The notes under the pieces: model-generated
Seen by the model: only the letters and a program-made list of their open reading frames with translations
Databases searched by the model: none
Told to the model about the DNA's origin: nothing
Translations under genes and position numbers: made by a program
NCBI GenBank assembly: GCA_965223545.1
Contig: OZ245006.1
Span: forward strand, 3,520,001-3,584,000
Length of the DNA stretch: 64,000 nucleotides
Source: Planctomycetota bacterium
Lineage (GTDB): Bacteria > Planctomycetota > UBA1135 > UBA2386
Reading direction: 5' to 3'
In this document: positions 1-9,791 of the stretch, piece after piece
How the letters are laid out: every line of letters begins with the position of its first letter
Position numbering within the stretch: the first letter of the stretch is position 1

Positions 1-60
1 CATGCGCCAACGCTCGGACGACCGTTGTCCGGCGCTCACCGCCCCGGCTACTGTCGGCGC

Positions 61-1671
61 ATGACCGAGGTCATCTCCTCCAGGATCAAGACCGGTTCGG
101 CCGAGTTCGCCGCCAACCGCGCCCACCACTTGGCAGAGATCGAGCGCGTGCGCGCCGAGGTCGAGACGGTCAAGCGAGGCGGCTCGGAGCGGGCCGTCGA
201 GCGCCACCGCGCCCGCGGGAAGATGCTGCCGCGCGAGCGCGTCGACCGCATCCTCGACCCTGGCAGCGCCTTCTTGGAGCTGTCGCCATTGGCAGCGCAC
301 GGCCTGTACGGCGGCGACGCGCCCGGCGCAGGCCTGGTCACCGGCATCGGAACGGTCGCCGGTCGAGAGATGATGCTGGTGGCCAACGACGCCACCGTGA
401 AGGGCGGCACCTACTTCCCGATGACGGTGAAGAAGCACGTCCGCGCGCAGGACATCGCGCTGCAGAACCACTTGCCGTGCATCTACCTGGTCGATTCGGG
501 CGGCGCGTTCCTGCCGCTGCAGGACGAGGTGTTCCCCGACCGCGATCACTTCGGCCGCATCTTCTTCAATCAGGCGCGCATGTCGGCTGCGGGGATCCCG
601 CAGATCGCGGTCGTGCTCGGCTCGTGCACCGCAGGTGGCGCCTACGTGCCGGCGATGAGCGACGAGTCGATCATCGTCAAGGACAACGGCACGATCTTCT
701 TGGGCGGGCCACCGTTGGTCAAAGCAGCCACCGGCGAAGTCGTCGACGCCGAGGAGCTCGGCGGCGCGGACGTGCACACCCGCCTGTCGGGAGTCGCCGA
801 CCACTTCGCCCGCGACGAAGAGCACGCCCTGGAGCTGTGTCGCAGCATCGCCGGACACCTGCACACCCGACCCGCGCACCCTATCACGCTGCAGGCCGCC
901 GAGGACCCGCTCTACGACCCGGCCGAGATCCCCGGTGTTCTGCCGGTCGACGCGCGGCAGCCGTTCGATGTCCGCGAGGTGATCGCGCGGCTCGTCGACG
1001 GCAGCCGGATGCACGAGTTCAAGGCACGCTACGGCGAGACGCTCGTCTGTGGCATGGCGCACATCCACGGCATCCCGGTCGGCATCTTGGCCAACAACGG
1101 GATCCTCTTCTCGGAAAGCTCGCTGAAGGGAGCCCACTTCGTCGAGCTCTGTGCGCAGCGCAAGATCCCACTGCTGTTCCTGCAGAACATCGTCGGCTTC
1201 ATGGTCGGCAAGAAGTACGAGAACGGCGGCATCGCCAAGGACGGTGCCAAGCTCGTGCAGGCCGTGGCTACCGCACAGGTGCCGAAGATCACCGTGCTGG
1301 TCGGCGGCTCGTTCGGCGCCGGCAACTACGGGATGTGCGGCCGCGCCTACGAACCCCGATTCCTGTTCATGTGGCCGAACGCCCGGATCTCGGTGATGGG
1401 CGGCGAGCAGGCTGCCAGCGTGCTCGTGCAGGTCAAACGGGATCAGCTGGAGAAAGCCGGGGAAGCGCTGTCCGCCGACGACGAAGCTGCGATCCGCACT
1501 CCCATCCTCGAGAAGTACGAGACCGAGGGGCACCCGTTGCACTCGACGGCGCGGCTGTGGGACGACGGCATTCTCGACCCGCGCGACACGCGGGACGCGC
1601 TCGGGTTGGCGCTTGCCGCGACGCTCAACGCGCCGGTCGGCGACTATCGGGCGCCGGTGTTCCGCATGTAG
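61..1671 (+). CDS. mccB: Acyl-CoA carboxylase carboxyltransferase beta subunit (methylcrotonoyl-CoA carboxylase beta-like)
   Basis: Motifs [48 protein letters not shown] and C-terminal STARLWDDG...VFRM. ATG at 61 preferred over TTG at 25. Confidence 0.93.
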   Translation: MTEVISSRIKTGSAEFAANRAHHLAEIERVRAEVETVKRGGSERAVERHRARGKMLPRERVDRILDPGSAFLELSPLAAHGLYGGDAPGAGLVTGIGTVAGREMMLVANDATVKGGTYFPMTVKKHVRAQDIALQNHLPCIYLVDSGGAFLPLQDEVFPDRDHFGRIFFNQARMSAAGIPQIAVVLGSCTAGGAYVPAMSDESIIVKDNGTIFLGGPPLVKAATGEVVDAEELGGADVHTRLSGVADHFARDEEHALELCRSIAGHLHTRPAHPITLQAAEDPLYDPAEIPGVLPVDARQPFDVREVIARLVDGSRMHEFKARYGETLVCGMAHIHGIPVGILANNGILFSESSLKGAHFVELCAQRKIPLLFLQNIVGFMVGKKYENGGIAKDGAKLVQAVATAQVPKITVLVGGSFGAGNYGMCGRAYEPRFLFMWPNARISVMGGEQAASVLVQVKRDQLEKAGEALSADDEAAIRTPILEKYETEGHPLHSTARLWDDGILDPRDTRDALGLALAATLNAPVGDYRAPVFRM

Positions 1672-1699
1672 CCGAGACCCACGCGCGCCGAGCGGCCGC

Positions 1700-3232
1700 T
1701 TACTGGCGCAACACCGCCGCGACCTGGTCTGCGATCACTTCGTAACCGGCGTCGTTGCAGTGGCCGTCCGGCACGAACAGCTCGTCGCGCTGCCGCTCGC
1801 GCAACAGCTCCTCGAAGACCGATCCCAACCGCACGCGCTCGGCACCATGAGCACCGGCGACGCGGTCGACGATTTCTTCGACGACCGGCAACCGCAGCGG
1901 ATAGTCGAGCAACACCAGTCGTGCCCCCGCCGCCTGCACGAGGGCCGCAACGCGCTGCAGATGGCGCTCCAGAACGAGGCCATAGCCGGCGGCACGGTTG
2001 TCGGCGCGGTGCCAGAGACCGCGGAGCTCGGCGCGACGCTCCGCCGACGGCGCGAACTCGTCGACCGCTGCTTCGTATTCCTCCGCCGTCACCCGCAGCA
2101 ACGGCAACAGCCCGACCAACGCGCCGTCCATGCCGTCCAGGCAGGCAGCCTCGACGCTCCAGGCCAAGCGATCCTGCGCCGGCTTGCCGGGCGCCATGCA
2201 CAATCCGCGGAGCAGCACGGCGCGCGTGCGGGCATCCTCCGCGTCTGCCAGTGCAGCACGCACCAGCGCTTCGAGCCGCTGCCAGTGTGCCGGCTCGAGC
2301 CGTAGGTCCTGCAGCCGGCGCCAGATCGCCGCGTTGGTCGGCGACTCGGCGATACGTGCGCAGGCCCACTCGAACTCTTCATCGAAGCCAGGATCGTCGG
2401 GGCCGAGCGAGCGCGCGGTGCGAAACAGGCTCTCGTCCGCCGGGCGGGCCCCTTCGGGCAGAGGACCAGGCGCAAAGCGGTACTCGCGCCGCATCCAGTC
2501 CGCTTGTAGGTAGAGGTCTTCGCCATCGCGGCGCAGGGTGGCCCGGCGCTCTACACCGTTCGGAAACTTGACCGCCAAGCCGTCGCCGTCGCGACGCCAG
2601 GTCATGTGATAGCCGCCGATGGCGAATCGTCCGGTGGCCTCGATCCAAAGCTCGGTACCGGTCTCGGGCTCGTGCCAGCGGCCGGCGAACTCCGCTGCGG
2701 TGGCCGCATCGTCGCGCCACCACTGCTGCATCAAGGCCAGCATCCGACCGGTCCGCCAGACGATCGGAAACTCCGCGTCGCTGTCCCCGGCGTCCTCCAG
2801 CTCCGCGTCGGTGACTTCGCCCGGTAGACTCCACGCGTCGTTGGTGCCGACGAGCACGCAGACGACATCGGGCCGGTGCTGCGCCAACTGCCGGGGCAGG
2901 GCCAGCAGTAGCTCGCGCGAGTTGCGGCCGGCACGTCCCGCGTTGACCACGCGCCACTCGCCGCCCCGAGCGGCATTGAGACGCGCCTCGAGCTGCGCGG
3001 GGTAGGCCTGCTCCTGCCCCGAAGCACCGACGCCGTAGGTGTTGGAGTCGCCGACGCAGAGGACGATCGCAGCACTGTCCGCGCCGACCGGCTGCTCGCG
3101 GCCACCACCCCACCACACCGCGAACGAAATTGCCTGCAACGCCAGCTCGAACACGAGCAGGGCGGCCACCACACCGAAGACGATGCCGAGAAGCGGCCTC
3201 GAGGAGGTCTTGCGTCGCGCAGCCGGCACCAT
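1700..3232 (-). CDS. Membrane-anchored SGNH/GDSL hydrolase family protein
   Basis: N-terminal TM helix, block [18 protein letters not shown], block III VGTND, C-terminal DGHCN. A large insertion lies between blocks III and V. ATG at 3232. Confidence 0.8.
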   Translation of the reverse strand: MVPAARRKTSSRPLLGIVFGVVAALLVFELALQAISFAVWWGGGREQPVGADSAAIVLCVGDSNTYGVGASGQEQAYPAQLEARLNAARGGEWRVVNAGRAGRNSRELLLALPRQLAQHRPDVVCVLVGTNDAWSLPGEVTDAELEDAGDSDAEFPIVWRTGRMLALMQQWWRDDAATAAEFAGRWHEPETGTELWIEATGRFAIGGYHMTWRRDGDGLAVKFPNGVERRATLRRDGEDLYLQADWMRREYRFAPGPLPEGARPADESLFRTARSLGPDDPGFDEEFEWACARIAESPTNAAIWRRLQDLRLEPAHWQRLEALVRAALADAEDARTRAVLLRGLCMAPGKPAQDRLAWSVEAACLDGMDGALVGLLPLLRVTAEEYEAAVDEFAPSAERRAELRGLWHRADNRAAGYGLVLERHLQRVAALVQAAGARLVLLDYPLRLPVVEEIVDRVAGAHGAERVRLGSVFEELLRERQRDELFVPDGHCNDAGYEVIADQVAAVLRQ

Positions 3233-3301
3233 TCGGCCGACCAGCTTAGCTGGCCATGGATCGCGCTTGAAACGACCAGCGCAATCGCACAAAGAGGCAC
3301 C

Positions 3302-3709
3302 GTGACCACCCCCCCAGCCGACGCGACTCCGGCGTTGTCCGCCGAAGAACGCCAGCGGCTGCAGCGCATCGCCGAGCGCCTGGCGATCCCCCGACTGCGC
3401 CGCCACGTCCTGCTCTGCGCCGACCAGACCGTCCCCAAGTGCTGTGACCGGGAGTCGTCCCTGGAGTCGTGGTCGTACCTGAAGAAGCGCCTCGCCGAAC
3501 TCGGCCTCAGCGACGCCGGCGGAACCTTCCGCACCAAGGCCAACTGCCTGCGCATCTGCTCCGAGGGCCCGATCGCGGTGGTCTACCCGGAGGGCACCTG
3601 GTACGCCCGCTGCACCCCCGCTGCCATCGAGCGGATCATCCAGGAGCACCTCATCGGCGGCCGGCCGGTGCGGGAGCTGATGATCGAAGAACGGCCGCTG
3701 GGGCACTGA
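3302..3709 (+). CDS. Thioredoxin-like [2Fe-2S] ferredoxin
   Basis: HVLLC...KCC and [23 protein letters not shown]...IIQEHLIGG, the typical Trx-like ferredoxin pattern. Confidence 0.88.
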   Translation: MTTPPADATPALSAEERQRLQRIAERLAIPRLRRHVLLCADQTVPKCCDRESSLESWSYLKKRLAELGLSDAGGTFRTKANCLRICSEGPIAVVYPEGTWYARCTPAAIERIIQEHLIGGRPVRELMIEERPLGH

Positions 3710-3749
3710 GCCGGCGCCGGAAAGCGGCGCGACGGTCACTTTTCTGGAA

Positions 3750-4020
3750 AACCGCGAAACGCGGACGCACCCCTGACACCAGTAGGGGTGAGACGACACC
3801 CGTGGCCTGCCTGCCTCGCCCCGGGTGCCAACCGCCGCGGGGGGGTTGGAGGAGACGAGGGTGGGTTTTCGTTTTTCTCCTCCGCTTCCCCCGGCGGTTC
3901 TCGCCTCTCCACTGCCTTCTGTTCGTGGCCGGCCCGGTTCCGGCGAAGAATGGAGGACTAGGGATCCAGGACAGAGTCGGCGGTGGCCCCCTCAACTGGG
4001 GAGCCACCGCCAGTTTTTTG
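3750..4020 (+). ncRNA. Candidate structured small RNA (unassigned)
   Basis: The ~370-bp intergenic gap holds a hairpin (3768-3790), a long ~70-nt hairpin (3830-3899) and a terminator. No match to an RNA family that I recognise. Confidence 0.35.
3979..4019 (+). terminator. Rho-independent terminator
   Basis: GGCGGTGGC (3979-3987) pairs with GCCACCGCC (4003-4011), followed by AG and TTTTTT (4014-4019). Confidence 0.8.
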
Positions 4021-4077
4021 TCCAGCCGGACCGCGCGCAGTTTGGGTGCCCCTCGGCCAGCCCATACGCTCCGCCGC

Positions 4078-4605
4078 GTGCGCGGCCTCATCATCCGACT
4101 GCTGTTCGTCCCGACGCTGCTCTACAACCTGCTGCTGGCGGGGCTGCTGCCCTCGCGGCGCTGGTGGGACACGGTCGAGCCGCACGTGATCCTGGGGGCC
4201 CTGCCGTTGCCGTGGCTGGTCGACGACATGGCGCGCGCCGGCGTGCGCGCAGTCGTCAACACGTGCGTCGAGTACGGTGGCCCCGAGAAGGGCTACGCCC
4301 GGCACGACATCGCGCAGCTGCGGACGCCCACCCTCGATTTCACCCCGCCCACTCTGGCCGACATCGAGCGCGCCGTGGGCTACATCCAAGCGCACGTCGA
4401 GGCCAAGGAGACTGTCTACGTGCACTGCAAGGCGGGGCGTGGCCGCAGCGCGACCGTGGTGCTGTGCTGGCTGGTCGCGCACCGCGGCATGCAGCCGAGG
4501 CAGGCGCAGGCAGCGCTGGAGGCGGTGCGCCCGCACGTCAACCACGGTCTGTGGCAGCGCGCGGTGGTGCAGGAGTTCGCGGCGAAACACGCGGCCCCGG
4601 CGTAG
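4078..4605 (+). CDS. Dual-specificity phosphatase, PTPMT1-like (possible phosphatidylglycerophosphatase)
   Basis: P-loop VYVHCKAGRGRSAT. PTLLYN, ILGALP and PTLDF segments resemble PTPMT1. GTG start at 4078. Confidence 0.82.
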   Translation: MRGLIIRLLFVPTLLYNLLLAGLLPSRRWWDTVEPHVILGALPLPWLVDDMARAGVRAVVNTCVEYGGPEKGYARHDIAQLRTPTLDFTPPTLADIERAVGYIQAHVEAKETVYVHCKAGRGRSATVVLCWLVAHRGMQPRQAQAALEAVRPHVNHGLWQRAVVQEFAAKHAAPA

Positions 4606-6784
4606 TCGCTCCGAGGAACGACTCGACCAACACCGGCAGCAGCCAGAGGTCCGCGATCAGCGCGGTGAGGACCACGGCCGTGAGCAGGACGCCCACATCT
4701 TGGGTCGACCGCAGGTCCGTCGGCAGGTAGCTCAGCGCGCCGGCCGCCATGATCACCGAAGTGACCAGCAGGGCCCGGCCGGTGCACCGCAGCGTGCGCA
4801 GCAAGACCGTGCGAACCGGAGCGCCGGGATCGGCGCGCTGCTCCTGGCGAAACCGCGTCAAGACGTGAATGCTGTCATCGACGGCGAGGCCGAGCCCGAG
4901 GCAGTAGATCATCACGATGCCGACGCGCACCGGAATATCGAGCCAACCCGTGAGCCCGAGGGCGACGGTGATCGGCAGGACGTTGGGGAGCATCGATACC
5001 AGCCCGAGACGCCACGAGCGGTAGATCACGCTGACGAAGACGGTGATCGCCAGCAATGACACCGCGAAGCTCTGCAGCAGCGTGACGATGATCAGCCGCG
5101 AGCTCTGGTGGGCCATGAGGGTGTAGCTCACCGCCTCGGCACGGATCACGGCCGCGTGTGGCCGAGCCGCTTCGGTGACGCGCTGCTCGAGCTCGAGGAA
5201 CCGCTGGGTGCCGAGATCGCCGGTGCGAAACGTCAGACGCCCGTTGCGCATGTCACGGTCCACCAAGTGACCGGGGAACTCATCGCCGAGAGCGCGGAGG
5301 ATGCGCACCGCCGCGGTGACCGAGTCCGCATCCAGCGACCGTTCCGGGCCCGCGATCTCGCGCAGCCAATCGACATAGCTGTGGGCGGTCGTTACCCCCG
5401 GCTCCTCGATCAGGGCGGCGCGCAGCGCGTCGACCGCGGCGACGGCTTCGGCGGAGGCGAGATCGCCCTCCAGCTGCACCGTGAAGTGGAGCGGCCCGGT
5501 GAAGTGCTCGCCAAACCAGTGCACCGCGGCGACAGCGGGATCGTCGGCCGGCAGCTCCTCCAGCCAACGCGACTCGACCCGGATCCGCGACGCGCCCCAG
5601 ACCGATGCCGCCACTACCACGACCGCAACCAGCAGGGTGAGCCGCCGCCGCCCGTAGCTGACGCGGTCGAACACGTTCTCCAGCACCGGCGCGGCGGCGC
5701 GGCGCACCGGCCACCATGCCAACCCCAGCGGCATCAGCAGCATCACGGTCAGCCAGGTGACGCCGACCGCCATGCTAGCTTTGAGGGCGAACTCCCGCAC
5801 CGACTCGTGGCGGGCGACCAAGAGCGACAAGAAGCCGAGCGCGGTGGTGAACGAGGTGTGGAAACAAGCCACCCCGACATGGCGGAGCATGTCGACGATC
5901 GCGGCGCTGCGGTCGCGGTAGGCGCGCATTCCGACTTCGAAGCGGTGCAACATGTGCACGGCATCGCACAGGCCGAGAATCGTGATCAGGCCGGGGATCG
6001 CCACGTCGAGGACGGTGATCGACAAGCCCAGCGCGGCCATCAGGCCGAGATCCAGGGTGATCGCCACCAACACGACCAGCAGCGGAAGCAGCACACCGCG
6101 CACCGAGCGGAACAGCAGGGGCGCCAACAGGGCGAACAACAGCAGCTCGAGCAAGGCGCTGTCTCGCATCGAGCTCAACATCAGATCGCCGAGAGTGCGC
6201 TCCACGGGTGCCGAGCCCAGCATCCGCACGGTGGCCTCGTCGCCGATCACGCGTGCCAACAGCGTCTCGACGTCGTGCAGCAGCTCGGCCTCGCGGACCG
6301 CCGGTTGGGCTTTGATCAACACCACCGTCGAGCGGCCGTCCACCGACAGCAATGTGCGATGCAGGATCGGGTGCCGCGCCACGACATCGGCTACCGTGCC
6401 ATCGCCGATCAAGCTGGCGACCGTGGTGGGGATCGGCACGCCGAGCACACGCTCCAAGACGCGCACCGATGCCAGCGACTCGACCGCGCCGACGCTGCGC
6501 AGACCGAGCAGATCCTGCTCGACCTCGGCGAGGCGCGAGAGCTCGGCGACGCGCAGGGGGCTTGGCCACGTCAGCGAGACGATCAGGTCGACCCCTGGCG
6601 GCGGCAGCCGCTCGTGGAACGACGCGACGCGCTGGCGCTGGTCGGCATCACCTTCGATCAAGGGCTCGATCGAGAAGTCCAGCCGGGAGTGCGGCAGCCA
6701 CGCGACGGCCACGACGACGACTGCCACCGCGAGCGCCGTCAACGGGGCGCGTAGGGCCAGGACCAGCTCGGCGAACCTCTGCAC
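4538..6784 (-). CDS. MMPL/RND-family transporter
   Basis: Two repeats of TM plus periplasmic loop plus 5 TM. Motifs GLCDAVHMLHRF, TSFTTALGFLSL, GLAVDDSIH. Confidence 0.88.
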   Translation of the reverse strand: MQRFAELVLALRAPLTALAVAVVVVAVAWLPHSRLDFSIEPLIEGDADQRQRVASFHERLPPPGVDLIVSLTWPSPLRVAELSRLAEVEQDLLGLRSVGAVESLASVRVLERVLGVPIPTTVASLIGDGTVADVVARHPILHRTLLSVDGRSTVVLIKAQPAVREAELLHDVETLLARVIGDEATVRMLGSAPVERTLGDLMLSSMRDSALLELLLFALLAPLLFRSVRGVLLPLLVVLVAITLDLGLMAALGLSITVLDVAIPGLITILGLCDAVHMLHRFEVGMRAYRDRSAAIVDMLRHVGVACFHTSFTTALGFLSLLVARHESVREFALKASMAVGVTWLTVMLLMPLGLAWWPVRRAAAPVLENVFDRVSYGRRRLTLLVAVVVVAASVWGASRIRVESRWLEELPADDPAVAAVHWFGEHFTGPLHFTVQLEGDLASAEAVAAVDALRAALIEEPGVTTAHSYVDWLREIAGPERSLDADSVTAAVRILRALGDEFPGHLVDRDMRNGRLTFRTGDLGTQRFLELEQRVTEAARPHAAVIRAEAVSYTLMAHQSSRLIIVTLLQSFAVSLLAITVFVSVIYRSWRLGLVSMLPNVLPITVALGLTGWLDIPVRVGIVMIYCLGLGLAVDDSIHVLTRFRQEQRADPGAPVRTVLLRTLRCTGRALLVTSVIMAAGALSYLPTDLRSTQDVGVLLTAVVLTALIADLWLLPVLVESFLGATTPGPRVSPRTPAPPRAATDRG

Positions 6785-6966
6785 GCGTTCCGTCTCTAGC
6801 AGGCCGCGCTCCGTTTCTCATCTGCGTTCTGGGGTCGCGGTTCCCGTGTTCGGCAGAACCCATCGCATGGCGCCGCCGTCGATTCGCTCAACAGACGGCG
6901 CGCCGATGCCCGAAGGTTGGTCGAACGAAGCGCCGCGGTGCCGTGGAAACCCACAGGGAGAACGTC

Positions 6967-7941
6967 TTGTCGAAACTGGCCACAGTCCTGGCGGCCGGTG
7001 CGATTCTGATCGCAGCCTGCCGGGATCCCGGCCCGCCCCCGCCCGGGGTGCGCATCGACGAGGCGCACCGCGACCCCGAGCCGGTGCCGTTGCTGGCGGC
7101 GACGGGGGAGCAGCCAGCGGCGGAGCTCGACCCGCGCGCGGGCCACCCGGGCGGCCTCGCCGCCGCGCCGCCAGGTGGTGCCGGTCGGCAGACCACCGCC
7201 GAGGCGCTCCCGCGCCAGTCGTTGCCCGTGCGCATCGGCCCGCTGTGCCAGGCGTTGATCGGCGACCTGTTGGAGCGGGCGTTCGAAGCGCACGACCAGC
7301 GCTGGGATCTGGTCTGGCTCAAGAGCACCGATCGCGGTGCGCTCGACGAGGTCGGTGCCGATCGCTGCCCCGCGGCGGTCGTCGCTCTGCCGCTGGCGCC
7401 CGTCGATCACGCGCGCGGCCTCACCGCGCACCTGCTCGGCGCGCAAGTCGCCGTGGTCGCGGTGACCGACGAGAGCGGTCTCAACGGCCTCACCGAGCCG
7501 CAGCTGCGGCTGGCCTGCACCGGCCGCGCGCGGGAGTGGAACGAGATCGCCTATCAACGCGGCGAGATCCAGCTGTGCAGCGGCCCGGTCGACGTCGAGT
7601 ACAACGCCCTCACAGGCCTCCTTCTCCCCGGAGCAACGATCTTCAGCGGCACCCGGCGGGCGCGCAGCACGCACGCGCTGCTCGAACGCGTCAAGGGCGA
7701 CCCGCTGGCGCTCGCCATCACCTCGCTGGCGGCGGTGCGGTCCACCGCGGGCGTCCGCGCGGTTGCCGTGCAAGGCATCGACGCCGCGCCACGGCATGTC
7801 GCCGCTGGCCGCTACCCGTTCGTGCGCCGGCTGTCGTTCGCGCACGCCGCGCGGCCGCTGCCGGGCGTGCGGGCATTGCTCGAGTACGCGACGTCGGAGA
7901 CCGGCCGTGCGGTTCTGAGCGCGCGGGTGACCACCCCCTGA
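6967..7941 (+). CDS. Lipoprotein with periplasmic-binding-protein (PstS/PBP2-like) domain
   Basis: GGGAG RBS before TTG at 6967, lipobox IAAC, GRAREWNE and C-terminal GRYPFVRRL resembling PstS-family proteins. Confidence 0.6.
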   Translation: MSKLATVLAAGAILIAACRDPGPPPPGVRIDEAHRDPEPVPLLAATGEQPAAELDPRAGHPGGLAAAPPGGAGRQTTAEALPRQSLPVRIGPLCQALIGDLLERAFEAHDQRWDLVWLKSTDRGALDEVGADRCPAAVVALPLAPVDHARGLTAHLLGAQVAVVAVTDESGLNGLTEPQLRLACTGRAREWNEIAYQRGEIQLCSGPVDVEYNALTGLLLPGATIFSGTRRARSTHALLERVKGDPLALAITSLAAVRSTAGVRAVAVQGIDAAPRHVAAGRYPFVRRLSFAHAARPLPGVRALLEYATSETGRAVLSARVTTP

Positions 7942-8009
7942 GCAGCGCGCGAACCCTCGCGCGTCACTCTTGCGCCGACTCGGTGGCGGCCCTTGCATGG
8001 ACCCCCGCC

Positions 8010-9689
8010 ATGCGCATTCGTCGCCTCACCGCGCACCTGTTGCTCTCGAGCACCGCGCTGCTCGCCTCCTCGTTCCTCGCGATCGCCCCGGCTCAGGCCT
8101 CGCCCGACACACCGGCGACCCCGACCACCGCCCAGCAAGAACCGCTGCTCGACGTGCTCGCCGCGCTCCAACGCCGCCGCGATGAGCTGGCCGCTGCCGA
8201 GCAGGAGCGATCGACGATCACCGATGAGGAGCGCCGGGCGGCCGCGAATGCCAAGGTGACGGAGCTCGAGAGCCAAGTCCTCGAACTCGAACGGCGCTTC
8301 GATGCGCTCGCCTCGGGCGTCGATGGCAGCGCGTTCGTCAAGACCACGCCGGATGACACGACTCTTGCGCAGGAGCTCGAGACGGTGCTGTTGCCACTCG
8401 TGCAGAAGCTCAAGGCGGCCACGAAAGAGCCACGCGAGATCGAGCATCTCAAACAAGAGGAGACTCGCGCCATCGAGAACCGGGACCTCGCCAAGCTAGC
8501 CATGGACCGGTTGGCGCAGCGCATGCGCGAAACGCGCAGCGAGCCGCTGCAGGCCGAGCTGCGCAGTCGGATCGAGACCTGGCGATCGCGCTACCAGGAA
8601 AACGACCAAACCGCGCGCGTGGCCCGGCTGGAGTACGATCGCCGCCTGGAGAACCAACGGCCGTTCCTCGAAGTTGCGGGCGAAGCCGCCGACGACTTCT
8701 TCCAAACGCGAGGACTCAACTTGCTGTTGGCGGCCGGCGCCTTCGTCGCTGCGCTGATCAGTCTACGGATGGTCGGGCGCGCGCTGCGGCGCGTCACTCG
8801 GCGAAAACGACAATCGGTGTACCGCCGCGCACTGGAGGTGCTGTGGAACACGATCACGGTCCTGGCCGCCTTCTTGGCGATGATGGCCGTCCTCTACTTC
8901 GCCAACGACTGGTTGGTCTTGCTGCTGGTGCTGATCTTCTTGGGCGGCCTCGGCTGGGCCAGCATCCAGCTCCTGCCCAAGATGTTCGAACAGGTGCGCG
9001 TGCTGCTCAACCTGGGTGGCATCCGCGAAGGCGAGCGCATGCTGTGGGAGGGTGTCCCTTATCAGATTGCTCATCTCGGAATGTACACCCAGCTGGAGAA
9101 CCCGGATCTCAGCAGCGGCGTGCTGCGCATTCCGATCCGCGACTTGATCGACAAGCACTCGCGGCCAATCGCGGCCGGCGAGCGCTGGTTTCCCTGCCGC
9201 GCGGGAGATTGGGTCTTGCTGGCCGACGACACGCGTGCGCGAGTCGAGATCCAGACCCCCGAGTTCATCCAGCTGCGGTTGCCCGGCGGGGGACCGAAGA
9301 CCTACGCGACCCCCGACTTCCTGGCCTTGGCGCCCAAGAACCTGTCCGGGGGGTTTCGCATCGAGCTGGTGTTCGGCGTCGACTACTCCCACCAGGCGAT
9401 CTGCACGACGGAGATCCCCAAGGCGATGCTGGCGCGCCTGCGGCGCGACTTGCCCGGCGTCGTGCCGGAGTCGGCCACCAAGAGCCTCACCGTCGAATTC
9501 ATGGCAGCCGCCGCATCGTCCCTGGATTACGAGATCCAGGCCGATTTCGACGGCTCGGTGGCCGAGCTGTACGAGCGCATCCAGTTCTCCTTGTCGCGCA
9601 TCTTGGTCGACGCCTGCAACGAGCACGGCTGGGTGATCCCCTTCCAGCAGTTGACCGTGCACCGAGCGATCACCGCGGCGGCCGAGTGA
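8010..9689 (+). CDS. Mechanosensitive channel (MscS-like) protein with N-terminal coiled coil
   Basis: Signal peptide, coiled-coil region, 3 TM helices, LNLGGIREGER, FGVDYSHQ and C-terminal IPFQQLTVH. Confidence 0.7.
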   Translation: MRIRRLTAHLLLSSTALLASSFLAIAPAQASPDTPATPTTAQQEPLLDVLAALQRRRDELAAAEQERSTITDEERRAAANAKVTELESQVLELERRFDALASGVDGSAFVKTTPDDTTLAQELETVLLPLVQKLKAATKEPREIEHLKQEETRAIENRDLAKLAMDRLAQRMRETRSEPLQAELRSRIETWRSRYQENDQTARVARLEYDRRLENQRPFLEVAGEAADDFFQTRGLNLLLAAGAFVAALISLRMVGRALRRVTRRKRQSVYRRALEVLWNTITVLAAFLAMMAVLYFANDWLVLLLVLIFLGGLGWASIQLLPKMFEQVRVLLNLGGIREGERMLWEGVPYQIAHLGMYTQLENPDLSSGVLRIPIRDLIDKHSRPIAAGERWFPCRAGDWVLLADDTRARVEIQTPEFIQLRLPGGGPKTYATPDFLALAPKNLSGGFRIELVFGVDYSHQAICTTEIPKAMLARLRRDLPGVVPESATKSLTVEFMAAAASSLDYEIQADFDGSVAELYERIQFSLSRILVDACNEHGWVIPFQQLTVHRAITAAAE

Positions 9690-9791
9690 CCCGCCGGCGC
9701 GACCTCCAAAGTCGGGCCGCAGGCGTTATTGTTAGTGGTGTCTGCAGTCCCACGTCTGCCCGCGTCCTCGAAACTCCTCAAGGGTCGTTGC

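Noticed and set aside
4538..4605. Convergent gene overlaps (also 11631-11673, 22106-22122, 33980-33986)
   Set aside because: Short 3' overlaps are common in compact high-GC genomes.
5952..8009. N-terminal ~690 aa of the 1245-aa ORF 5952-9689
   Set aside because: Shadow frame over the MMPL and PBP genes. The real protein starts at ATG 8010 with a signal peptide.
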